DNA of 64,000 nt from a bacterium (GTDB taxonomy: Bacteria; Patescibacteriota; Minisyncoccia; Phycocordibacterales; Zambryskibacteraceae), in assembly GCA_030649135.1 (NCBI GenBank), contig JAUSGI010000008.1, forward strand, positions 1-64,000, given 5' to 3'. How positions within the stretch are numbered: position 1 is the first letter of the stretch; each line of letters opens with the position of its first letter. Positions 37,161-46,161 of this stretch are shown one piece after another. The position numbers and the translations under genes were made by a program. A model generated the notes under the pieces. The model did not search any database, was not told where the DNA came from, and was given only the letters and a program-made list of their open reading frames with translations.

Positions 37161-39182
37161 ATGAATAAAAAAACTATCATCTCTGCGTCCGATGATATAA
37201 TCCTAAATCTCAAAGTTTCGGCTAAGGAAAAAGAAATTGTCAGGCGCAAACTTGCTGTAACAGCAGAGAGGCTTGCTGCGACGGCAGTGAAACTTGCCAT
37301 AACAGCTAAGGAAAGAGAAAGTGTGAGGATTAAGCTAGCGGTGACTGCCGAAGAAAAGGAACATGTCAGGCTTAAGTTAGTGGTGACCGCAGAGAAGCTT
37401 GCTGTAATCGCAGAGAAGCTTGCTGTGACTGCCGAGGAAAAGGAAAGTGTCAGGCGCAAACTTGCCGTGACGGCAGCCAAACTTGCAGTAACGGCAGCTA
37501 AACTCTCCGCAACTACTGAGGAAAAAGAAAGTGTGAGACGCAAGAAGCTAGTCGCGACAGCAGCTAAGCTTGCTGTAACAGCAGAGAAGCTTGCTGCGAC
37601 CGCCAAAGAAAAGGAGAGTGTCAGGCGCAAACTTGCTGTGACCGCAGCCAAACTTGCTGTGACAGCAGAGAAGCTTGCCGCGACGGCCAAGGAAAAAGAA
37701 ATTGTTAGGCGTAAACTCGTCGTGACGGCAGAAAAGCTAGTCGTGACGGCAGCCAAACTCGCCGTGACAGCAGAGAAGCTTGCCGCGACGGCAGCCAAAC
37801 TCGCAGTAACTGCTAAGGAAAAAGAAATTGTTAGGCGTAAACTTGCAGCGACTGCTAAGGAAAAAGAAAGTGTCAGGCGCAAGCTGGTAGTGACTGCTAA
37901 GGAAAAAGAAAGTGTCAGGCGTAAGCTGGTGGTGACAGCCAAGGAAAAGGAGAGCGTCAGGCGTAAGCTGGTGGTGACAGCAGCTAAACTTGCTGTAACT
38001 GCAGCGAAACTCAAAAAGTCGTACGAAACACTCGAGAAGAAAGTGCTTGAACGAACCAAGAGTCTAGAAATGTCCAGAGCAAAGGAAGAGGCGGTTTTGC
38101 TCTCGATTGGTGACGGACTTCTTGTGACTAATGAAAAAGGAAATGTTATTATTATAAATAAGACAGCTGAAAAACTACTCGGTATTAAGAGTAAAGAAGC
38201 TATGGGAAAGGTCTTTTCCGAAGCCGTTCTTTTGGTAGATGAAAAAGGGGTGCCTATTCCGTCAGAGAAACATCCCGTAAGGATGGCTCTAGTAAGCGGC
38301 ATTACTACTGCCACTACTATTGTAGGTTCCACTTACTATAATGTGCGGAAAGATAAAACGAAATTTCCTGTGGCAATTATGGTCACGCCCGTTATTCTTG
38401 ACGGGAAGGTGATTGGAACAATTGAAGTTTTTCGAGATATTACCGCCGAGCGGGAAATTGATAAAGCCAAAACCGAATTTGTTTCCCTTGCTTCACACCA
38501 GCTCCGCACCCCGCTTTCTACGGTCAATTGGTACGCGGAAATGCTTCTGGCCGGAGATGTGGGGGAGTTGAATGAAAAACAAAAGAAATATTTAGATGAG
38601 GTATATCGCAGTAATCAGCGAATGGTTGAATTGGTAAACGCCCTTTTGGATGTCGCTTCTCTTGAAATTGGTACCTTTGTGGTTGAGCCGGAACCAACCG
38701 ATATAATCGAACTAGCGCAAAGTGTCATAGACGAACAAAAACCGCAGATTGAGGCCAAAAAAATAGTATTTTCTTTTTCATTCGGGAAAAATATTTCACT
38801 TATGCAGGCCGACCCCAAACTCCTGCGAATGATAGTGCAAAATATCTTGTCAAATGCGGTAAAATATACTCATGAAGGCGGGAAAATCGATATGTCGATT
38901 TCCTTAGCGGACAAAAATAATATTCTTCTGAAAGTCGATGATACGGGCTACGGCATACCCCAAAATCAGCAAGATAAAATATTTACCAAGCTGTTTCGGG
39001 CCGATAATGTCAGAGATAAAGACACGGACGGCACGGGCCTCGGGCTCTATATTGTAAAGTCAGTCGTTGAAAATTCTGGCGGGAAAATCTGGTTTAAGTC
39101 CGTGGGCGGGGAAGAAAATAAAGGCACCACCTTTTATGTATCGCTGCCTTTGGATGGGGCGAAAAAGCCGGCTAATATATAA
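37161..39182 (+). CDS. sensor histidine kinase: N-terminal repetitive coiled coil, PAS, HisKA, HATPase_c
   Basis: heptad KEKESVRRKLAVTAAKLAVTAEKLAAT repeats; PAS; H-box SLASHQLRTPL; HATPase N/G boxes. Confidence 0.85.
   Translation: MNKKTIISASDDIILNLKVSAKEKEIVRRKLAVTAERLAATAVKLAITAKERESVRIKLAVTAEEKEHVRLKLVVTAEKLAVIAEKLAVTAEEKESVRRKLAVTAAKLAVTAAKLSATTEEKESVRRKKLVATAAKLAVTAEKLAATAKEKESVRRKLAVTAAKLAVTAEKLAATAKEKEIVRRKLVVTAEKLVVTAAKLAVTAEKLAATAAKLAVTAKEKEIVRRKLAATAKEKESVRRKLVVTAKEKESVRRKLVVTAKEKESVRRKLVVTAAKLAVTAAKLKKSYETLEKKVLERTKSLEMSRAKEEAVLLSIGDGLLVTNEKGNVIIINKTAEKLLGIKSKEAMGKVFSEAVLLVDEKGVPIPSEKHPVRMALVSGITTATTIVGSTYYNVRKDKTKFPVAIMVTPVILDGKVIGTIEVFRDITAEREIDKAKTEFVSLASHQLRTPLSTVNWYAEMLLAGDVGELNEKQKKYLDEVYRSNQRMVELVNALLDVASLEIGTFVVEPEPTDIIELAQSVIDEQKPQIEAKKIVFSFSFGKNISLMQADPKLLRMIVQNILSNAVKYTHEGGKIDMSISLADKNNILLKVDDTGYGIPQNQQDKIFTKLFRADNVRDKDTDGTGLGLYIVKSVVENSGGKIWFKSVGGEENKGTTFYVSLPLDGAKKPANI
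37200..38010 (+). repeat. in-frame tandem repeats, 21-bp periodicity with 42- and 84-bp higher-order units
   Basis: e.g. three 42-bp units GCTAAGGAAAAAGAAAGTGTCAGGCGCAAGCTGGTAGTGACT at 37854-37979. Confidence 0.85.
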
Positions 39183-39190
39183 TTAATCAT

Positions 39191-39661
39191 ATGTCCAACA
39201 AATCTGTGAAAAAGCAAACCATTCTGGTAATAGAGGATGAGAAACCTCTGCTTGAGGCCATTAATGACAAACTTGAAAAAAGCGGTTTCGGTGTGATTGC
39301 GGCCCGTAGTGTGGAGCAAGCGTTCAACGCGAATATCGCGAAAAACGGCCTAGGTGTCATAAATGTTCGAAGCATCGAGCAAGCGCTTAATTATCTTGAA
39401 AGTTTGGAACGAGTAGACGCAATTTGGCTGGACCATCACCTTTTGGGCAAAGAAGATGGTCTTGATTTTGTAAAAAAATTTAAAGCAAATGGCGGGCGCT
39501 GGAGTAAAATTCCTGTCTTCGTAGTTTCGAATGCCGCCAGTCCCAAAACTGTCAAGTCTTATGTAGATTCCGGTGTGAGCAAGTACTATGTCAAATCCGA
39601 CCATCGACTCGATGAAATTATCAAAGACATTCAATCTTTTTTAGACCATTCGGCGAAATAA
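39191..39661 (+). CDS. stand-alone response-regulator receiver with an internal partial duplication
   Basis: ILVIEDEKPLLEAI...; duplicated ARSVEQAFN / VRSIEQALN segment. Confidence 0.75.
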   Translation: MSNKSVKKQTILVIEDEKPLLEAINDKLEKSGFGVIAARSVEQAFNANIAKNGLGVINVRSIEQALNYLESLERVDAIWLDHHLLGKEDGLDFVKKFKANGGRWSKIPVFVVSNAASPKTVKSYVDSGVSKYYVKSDHRLDEIIKDIQSFLDHSAK

Positions 39662-39763
39662 ACCGGTTGTAATATTTCCGTCTCTGGAACGGCATTTATG
39701 GCAAGGGTAGGTAGTAAACTCAACTATTCGCTCAAGTCATTAATTAAATAACTAGTAAAACAT

Positions 39764-41692
39764 ATGGAAAAATCTAATAAGGGTTCAATTATACTAACCG
39801 TGCTGACCGTCTCCCTTGTAATCGGTTTTCTGGGGTCAATGGTCGCGTATGCATTCGTAAGTCCAGCGACAGTCAATCTTGGAACAGCGGCTGATTTTGC
39901 GATTCTCTCGAAAGCGGGAATCACTAACGTTCCCACCTCTGTCATTACTGGGAATATCGGAACAAGTTTAGATGAAGCCAGTACTGATACTGCTTTCGCA
40001 GGTATCACGTGTGGCCAAGTGACGGGGTCAATATACTCGTTCAACTCGACAGGTCCTCTCCCTTGTGTGTTAGCTGACTCTGTATTGGCTACAACTGTAG
40101 TAAGTACGGCCGTAGGCGATATGGAAACTGCAATAACCGATGCCAACAGCCGAACACCTGATGATATCGACCTTGCATTCAATGCGGGCGTAGGATGTGC
40201 TCTTGGCACTTGTGACCTCGCGGGGCTTACTCTCGCTCCCGGCGTCTATACATTCACAGCTCCTGGCAATGTCATCATCACAAACGATGTTACCCTCTCG
40301 GGTAGCCCAAGTGATATTTGGATATTCATCATCCCGGGGACTCTTGATATCAGCTCTGCCAAGAAGGTTCTTCTAACCGGCGGCGCAGTATCTGACAATG
40401 TCTTCTGGTCAGTTGCTGGCGCGACTCAACTTCAAACATCTTCTACGTTCGAGGGAAATATCCTTGAAGCAGGAACGCCTCTTGCGATGCTCTCCGGTGC
40501 TACACTACACGGAAGAGCACTGTCGAAATTCGCAGTTACGCTCGATGCCAATACCGTTACGACTCCTTCCGCCACACCACCTCCGACAACCGGTCCGGTT
40601 TTCGTGGAAGAGGGGGTTGCGAACGGTACTCTTGATTTAGGAGAACTATTCTTCAACACCGTTCAATCAGCAATCGATGACGCAGGTACTCTTTCCGGCG
40701 ACACCATTCACGTTACCGCAGGAACTTACAACGAAAGTATCGTAGTTAACAAATCATTAACGCTCAATTCCGTGGGAGCAGTCATAAACGGCTCGGCGGG
40801 ACAAAATGGTGTTTCTATCGGGGCAAGTGATGTTACGGTTAACGGCTTCGAAGTTACTTCTAGCGGTCTTAGTGGAGTCTACGGTATCGCTGAAACAACG
40901 CCTGTCAGTAACACAGTTATTACCCACAACGTCGTTCACGGCTTTCCCGCATTGGGTATTGCGTTGGCGGCTGGTTCTGTCAATGCAGAAGTTACAACTA
41001 ACGAAGTCTACGATGTGTACGGAGGCATCTATCTTTCTACCGGCGCAATCGGTGCACTTGTAGACGGTAACGATGTTCACGACTTAGTAAGCGGTGCTGG
41101 TCCTGACCAGGGAGCCGCGGTCGCGTTTGAAGGAAACAACACAGATGTTTCGGTAACCAACAACACTCTCACAAATAACGCTTTCGGTCTCTATGTGTGG
41201 TCTGCGTTCGGTTCTGACTTTACCGGCACTGTAGTTGAGCATAACAAATTTGTAGGCAACACAGACGGTGTGGAAAATACCAATACTGGTATTATCAACG
41301 CTTCTCCGAACTGGTGGGGAGCTGTCACAGGTCCGACTCATGCCACCAACCCTAGCGGTCTAGGCGATGCGGTGAGCGACAATGTTACTTTTGACCCATG
41401 GTATGTGGACGAGGCTATGACCACGCTGTCAAATGCCCCGGCTCCAGCTCCCGCTCCAGCACCAGAACCAGAACCAGAATCAAGGGGTTCAAGGTCCGGT
41501 GACTCACGAAGAGTTTCTGCTCAAACTGCCAATGTAGTGGTGGGCGAAATCCTCGGCATCTTTACCGAAGCTGAAAGACTGGCACAGATTGCGACTGTTA
41601 AGGTTCAACTGTCCTCTCTTATCCGCCAACTGATCGGTTTATTACAGGCCCAATTGATTACGGCGCTTCAGACAGAGATTCGGAACTATTAA
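39764..41692 (+). CDS. 642-aa surface protein: DUF3494 (ice-binding-like) N-domain, Thr/Pro linker, PbH1 beta-helix, C-terminal conserved module
   Basis: LGTAADFAILSKAGITNVPTSVITGNIG; GTYNESIV, SPNWWGAVTGP; C-term GIFTEAERLAQI...QLIGLL. Confidence 0.8.
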   Translation: MEKSNKGSIILTVLTVSLVIGFLGSMVAYAFVSPATVNLGTAADFAILSKAGITNVPTSVITGNIGTSLDEASTDTAFAGITCGQVTGSIYSFNSTGPLPCVLADSVLATTVVSTAVGDMETAITDANSRTPDDIDLAFNAGVGCALGTCDLAGLTLAPGVYTFTAPGNVIITNDVTLSGSPSDIWIFIIPGTLDISSAKKVLLTGGAVSDNVFWSVAGATQLQTSSTFEGNILEAGTPLAMLSGATLHGRALSKFAVTLDANTVTTPSATPPPTTGPVFVEEGVANGTLDLGELFFNTVQSAIDDAGTLSGDTIHVTAGTYNESIVVNKSLTLNSVGAVINGSAGQNGVSIGASDVTVNGFEVTSSGLSGVYGIAETTPVSNTVITHNVVHGFPALGIALAAGSVNAEVTTNEVYDVYGGIYLSTGAIGALVDGNDVHDLVSGAGPDQGAAVAFEGNNTDVSVTNNTLTNNAFGLYVWSAFGSDFTGTVVEHNKFVGNTDGVENTNTGIINASPNWWGAVTGPTHATNPSGLGDAVSDNVTFDPWYVDEAMTTLSNAPAPAPAPAPEPEPESRGSRSGDSRRVSAQTANVVVGEILGIFTEAERLAQIATVKVQLSSLIRQLIGLLQAQLITALQTEIRNY

Positions 41693-41723
41693 CACCGATA
41701 CTCTCACTCTGGACTGATTAAAA

Positions 41724-41759
41724 GAACCACCCCGGCATCACGCCGGGGCGGTTCTTTAT
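41724..41759 (+). terminator. rho-independent terminator
   Basis: GAACCACCCCGGC-atca-CGCCGGGGCGGTTC then TTTAT. Confidence 0.65.
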
Positions 41760-41783
41760 CCTCACTAAATAAGGTAAAATGAC

Positions 41784-42716
41784 ATGATGCGCCGAAAACT
41801 AAAGAATACCTTTATACCGCATCGCGGTAATCACCACCACCCCCATATACTGCGGCATAAGTCTCTCTCTGCCGTCTTGACTGTCGTAGTGCTCCTCGAG
41901 TTTACGATGCTTCTAAGTCCATTCGTGTGGCCGCGTCTTGGTATAGAGCTTGCGACGGTATTGCCCTCTGTGGTTACCCTTCTTACCAATAATGCCCGCG
42001 CGGAGGGCCACATCGCGAATGTAAAAGTGAACGATATTTTGACTCTCGCCGCGCAGGCCAAAGCCGATGACATGGCCTCCAAGGGATATTTTTCCCATAT
42101 AGGTCCAGATGGTACCAAACCGTGGTACTGGTTTAAGCAGGCAGGGTATCAGTATCAGTATGCCGGTGAAAATTTGGCGGTGAACTTCGCTAATTCGGAG
42201 GGGGTAGTAAAGGCTTGGCAGAATTCTCCCATGCATAATCTTAATCTTCTTGGCCCGCGCTATACCGAGACCGGAGTAGGTATTGCCACCGGTATGTACA
42301 AGGGTAGAGAGGCTGTGTTTGTGGTGCAGTTTCTCGCTTCATCACAGAAGACAGAGGCGGGTGTAGTAAATGCTACCTCCACCTTGCCTAAAGTATCTGG
42401 TATTCCCAGCCCTCTGAATATGGTGAATCCATTGGTGCTCGGCGTATCCACGGAGGATACCGGCAACCAATCCATATGGTTGCGCATTATCTCATCGCCA
42501 CGAACCTATGGCACGTATGCACTTTTCGTACTCACCTTCCTGTTCTTACTGGTACTTCTTACCGGTTGGGGCAGGCATCGTCCTAGGGCGTTAGTGTATG
42601 GAGTAATGATGGTGGGGCTACTGGCTGGAGTAATATTTATGAACAAGTATCTGACATTTCCGCAACCGGAACTCTCGGAAGATACTCAGAATGGGGCATC
42701 ATTTAACTCGCGGTAA
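41784..42716 (+). CDS. CAP/SCP/PR-1-like extracellular domain protein with TM segments
   Basis: GYFSHIGPDG...GENLAVNF...AWQNSPMH...TETGVGIA. Confidence 0.7.
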   Translation: MMRRKLKNTFIPHRGNHHHPHILRHKSLSAVLTVVVLLEFTMLLSPFVWPRLGIELATVLPSVVTLLTNNARAEGHIANVKVNDILTLAAQAKADDMASKGYFSHIGPDGTKPWYWFKQAGYQYQYAGENLAVNFANSEGVVKAWQNSPMHNLNLLGPRYTETGVGIATGMYKGREAVFVVQFLASSQKTEAGVVNATSTLPKVSGIPSPLNMVNPLVLGVSTEDTGNQSIWLRIISSPRTYGTYALFVLTFLFLLVLLTGWGRHRPRALVYGVMMVGLLAGVIFMNKYLTFPQPELSEDTQNGASFNSR

Positions 42717-42718
42717 TT

Positions 42719-43819
42719 ATGGCAAGCGGCAGGAAAGTGGATAAACAGTTTTTGCTCATCTCCGTCGTTTTGATAGTGGTCGGTTTTTTTATCTTCAGCT
42801 CGGCCTCCCTTGCTCTACTGGCCAAAGAAAGTTCGAATTATTCAAGCGTAGCTTTCTCTCAAACGGTTTTCGGGCTTTTTCTCGGTACGGTGGCCATGAT
42901 AGTGGTCTCGCGTTTGGACTCTAAAAACTGGAAGAAAATGGCTTTCTGGCTTTTATTGGGCGCTATCATTCTCAATGTTTTGGTATTGGTGCCGGGGATC
43001 GGGTTCGAGCACGCCGGCGCCAGGCGTTGGATTATACTCGGTGGTATTTCTTTCCAGACATCAGAAATATTAAAATTGGCTTTCATTATCTACTTCGCGG
43101 CCTGGGCCGCCGGAGTCAAGGAGAAGATGAAAACTTTTGCCTGGGGTTTCTTGCCCCTCCTCGTTCTTTTTGCCGTCTCGGCCATTCTGCTCTTGAAACA
43201 GCCGGATACCGATAATCTTATTCTGATTATCTTCGCGGGCATGGCTATGTTTATCGCCGCGGGAGGGAAGTGGCGATACGTTTTTATGATTATACTGGCC
43301 GGCGTGGTGGGGCTTACCCTTCTGGCTTTTATGCGGCCGTACGTGATGCAGCGCATTACCACTTTCTTTGACCCGCAGACGGATGCCCAAGGTGCCAGCT
43401 ACCAAGTCCAGCAGTCTCTCATTGCTGTCGGTTCCGGTGGCCTTTTCGGTCGCGGATTCGGTCAAAGTGTTCAGAAATTCACCTATCTTCCCGAGCCGGT
43501 CGGGGACTCGGTTTTTGCCGTGGCGGCCGAGGAGTTCGGTTTCGTGGGTTCCGTTTTCTTGTTGTTAATCTTTGTCCTTTTCGCTACCAGAGGCCTCAAG
43601 ATTGCATCCGGGACGACAAGCGTCTTTGCTAGACTCACGGTGGTTGGAATTGTTATAATGATTGTCTCCCAAGCATTCGTCAATATCGGCGCCATGCTCG
43701 GAGTGATTCCACTCTCCGGTATTACTTTGCCTTTTGTTAGCCATGGGGGCACCTCCCTTTTTGTCACTCTTGTGGAAGTGGGTATCGTGCTCTCTATCTC
43801 TAGAACTCGAGGGTCTTAA
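42719..43819 (+). CDS. ftsW: SEDS-family peptidoglycan glycosyltransferase FtsW/RodA
   Basis: 10-TM SEDS pattern; QPDTDNL, conserved C-terminal block. Confidence 0.85.
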   Translation: MASGRKVDKQFLLISVVLIVVGFFIFSSASLALLAKESSNYSSVAFSQTVFGLFLGTVAMIVVSRLDSKNWKKMAFWLLLGAIILNVLVLVPGIGFEHAGARRWIILGGISFQTSEILKLAFIIYFAAWAAGVKEKMKTFAWGFLPLLVLFAVSAILLLKQPDTDNLILIIFAGMAMFIAAGGKWRYVFMIILAGVVGLTLLAFMRPYVMQRITTFFDPQTDAQGASYQVQQSLIAVGSGGLFGRGFGQSVQKFTYLPEPVGDSVFAVAAEEFGFVGSVFLLLIFVLFATRGLKIASGTTSVFARLTVVGIVIMIVSQAFVNIGAMLGVIPLSGITLPFVSHGGTSLFVTLVEVGIVLSISRTRGS

Positions 43820-43829
43820 ATCCTAAATC

Positions 43830-44975
43830 ATGCGTATTCTATTTACAGGTGGTGGCTCTGGAGGACATTTCTATCCGATAGTCTCTATTGCCGAAGAACT
43901 AAACTCTCTTGCGAAGGAGAAGAAACTTCTTGGGCTTGAACTTTTTTTTATGTCTCCTACTCCTTATAACCCGGGAGTACTTTTCGAGAACGGTATTATT
44001 TATAAGAAAAATAGCGCCGGCAAATTACGTCGCTCCGCCAATTGGTGGACCTTTCTGCCTAACTTCTTGGATTTATTTAAAACAGGGTGGGGGATTATCT
44101 CTTCGCTTTATATGGTCTACATGCTCTACCCCGATGTCATCTTCGGCAAAGGTGGCTATGCGAGTTTCCCGGTACTGGTGGCGGCTCGTCTCCTGCGTAT
44201 TCCCGTGGTTATCCATGAATCGGATACTGTTCCGGGCAGAGTAAATTTGTGGGCTGGTAAATTTGCCGCCATCGTCGCCGTTTCTTATAAGGAGGCGGCG
44301 AAATATTTCCCGGCTACTATAGTGGCTCATACCGGCCAACCGGTACGCAAAGATGTGGCTTTGCCCATTACTTCCGGCGCCCGTGAATTTCTAAAAATTG
44401 AAAACGATGTGCCGGTTATCCTGGTCTTGGGCGGCTCACAAGGAGCGCAAAAGATAAATGATATCGTCCTGGAGGGTCTCAAGGAATTGGTGGAGAAGTA
44501 TGCGATTATCCACCAGACCGGTAAAAATAATATCGCAGAAGTCAGAGCCACCGGGGAGGCCGTACTACTTAGCTCTATTCATAAAGACAGATACAAAGCG
44601 TTCGATTATCTTAATGTTTTGGCGCTTCGGATGGCAGCCGGAGTCGCCTCCGTGGTTATCTCGCGCGCGGGCTCCACAATCTTTGAGATTGCGGCGTGGG
44701 GGCTGCCTTCCATCATTATTCCTATCAGCGAAAAAGTTAGTCGAGACCAGCATTCCAACGCTTTTGCCTATGACCGCGCCGGCGCTTGCGAGGTGATAGA
44801 AGAAAATAATCTCACTACCAATATTCTTGCTTCGGAGATTGCGCGTCTGGTTTCCAATGAGTCCGAGCGGGCGAAGATGAAAGCGGCGGCCAAGGCATTC
44901 TACAAACCAGACGCCGCGCGTTTGGTGGCCGAAGAAATTCTTAAAATTGCTCTAGGGCATGAAATTGAAAAATAA
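43830..44975 (+). CDS. murG: undecaprenyldiphospho-muramoylpentapeptide beta-N-acetylglucosaminyltransferase
   Basis: ILFTGGGSGGHFYP N-term; GT28 C-domain. Confidence 0.85.
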   Translation: MRILFTGGGSGGHFYPIVSIAEELNSLAKEKKLLGLELFFMSPTPYNPGVLFENGIIYKKNSAGKLRRSANWWTFLPNFLDLFKTGWGIISSLYMVYMLYPDVIFGKGGYASFPVLVAARLLRIPVVIHESDTVPGRVNLWAGKFAAIVAVSYKEAAKYFPATIVAHTGQPVRKDVALPITSGAREFLKIENDVPVILVLGGSQGAQKINDIVLEGLKELVEKYAIIHQTGKNNIAEVRATGEAVLLSSIHKDRYKAFDYLNVLALRMAAGVASVVISRAGSTIFEIAAWGLPSIIIPISEKVSRDQHSNAFAYDRAGACEVIEENNLTTNILASEIARLVSNESERAKMKAAAKAFYKPDAARLVAEEILKIALGHEIEK

Positions 44976-46161
44976 TAATGCAGCCACCGCTAGTAGCGGG
45001 GTCCCGCCAAAGGCGGTGATAGTACGAATAGCGCCTTCACCGACAGGGAATCTACATGTCGGTACCGCTCGTACCGCGCTATTTAATTTTCTCTTCGCCA
45101 AGCACAATGGCGGTAAGTTTCTCATTCGTATAGAAGATACTGATTTAGAAAGGTCAAAAAAAGAATATGAAAAAGATATTCTGGAAGGGCTCGAATGGCT
45201 AGGTATCACATCCGATGAGCCTGTGATGCGACAAAGTGATCGGCTGGAGATTTATGGGAAATATGCTAAGCAATTGATAGCCAAAAATCTTGCCTCCGAA
45301 GTGGATGGCGCCGTAATCTTGAAAAATGCTCAAACAGAAATCTCTTTTAACGACCTTATAAGAGGAGAAATCAAATTTGAAGATGTGCCTAGTGAACTGG
45401 TTATTCTAAAGTCAGACGGTACCCCAACTTATAACTTTGCCGTTGTTATTGATGATTACGAAATGGGCATTACTCATGTCATAAGAGGGGAGGACCATAT
45501 TTCTAATACACCAAGACAAATATTGGTGATAGAGGCGCTTGGGTTTAATCGTCCGCAGTATATACATATACCGATGATTCTTGCTCCTGACCGCTCTAAA
45601 TTATCAAAAAGACATGGGGCAACTTCACTTCTGGAATATCGAGAAAAAGGATATCTCCCTCAAGCGATGTTCAACTATCTGGCTCTTCTGGGCTGGAATC
45701 CCGGCACGGAACAGGAAATATTTAGCATGGCAGAACTGATTAAAGTTTTTGATATTGCCAAAATTCACAAAGGCGGGGCGATTTTCGATGAGAAGAAACT
45801 GGAATGGGTGAATAAGCAACATATAAACCTGCTTTCTCCGGAAGAGAAGATAAAAATTATTGCCCAAGAGTTTGATGTCAAAAAGATTCCGGAACTCGAT
45901 ACAGAAAAAATTTGCTGGAAAGATACTAGCTCGGAAGAAACGCTCGAACATCTCATTGAGTCGAAAAAAATTATTGAAAATGGTGATGACCTGATGCCTT
46001 ATGCCGAGAGGGAAGGGAAGGGTAATGTGTTGTGGCCAGTACGCTATGCTCTGTCGGGCGAGGAAAAGTCTCCGGACCCGTTTACCCTCATCGCTATTCT
46101 TGGCAAAGATGAGTCAGTCAAAAGGATAGAAAAAGCTATTGAATCTTTAAGTCAAAAATGA
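44959..46161 (+). CDS. gltX: glutamyl-tRNA synthetase (compact, ~400 aa)
   Basis: RIAPSPTGNLHVGTARTALFN (HIGH), KLSKR. Confidence 0.85.
   Translation: MKLKNNNAATASSGVPPKAVIVRIAPSPTGNLHVGTARTALFNFLFAKHNGGKFLIRIEDTDLERSKKEYEKDILEGLEWLGITSDEPVMRQSDRLEIYGKYAKQLIAKNLASEVDGAVILKNAQTEISFNDLIRGEIKFEDVPSELVILKSDGTPTYNFAVVIDDYEMGITHVIRGEDHISNTPRQILVIEALGFNRPQYIHIPMILAPDRSKLSKRHGATSLLEYREKGYLPQAMFNYLALLGWNPGTEQEIFSMAELIKVFDIAKIHKGGAIFDEKKLEWVNKQHINLLSPEEKIKIIAQEFDVKKIPELDTEKICWKDTSSEETLEHLIESKKIIENGDDLMPYAEREGKGNVLWPVRYALSGEEKSPDPFTLIAILGKDESVKRIEKAIESLSQK

Noticed and set aside
37200-38010. Possible CRISPR-like repeat array
   Set aside because: Repeats are contiguous 21/42/84-bp in-frame coding units (heptads) inside a histidine kinase gene, with no unique spacers, so this is not a CRISPR array.
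37091-38332. 413-aa minus-strand ORF rich in Ala/Ser/Thr/Leu
   Set aside because: It is antisense to the HK repeat region. The open frame and low-complexity product are a by-product of the tandem repeats, and the HK on the plus strand has clear catalytic motifs.
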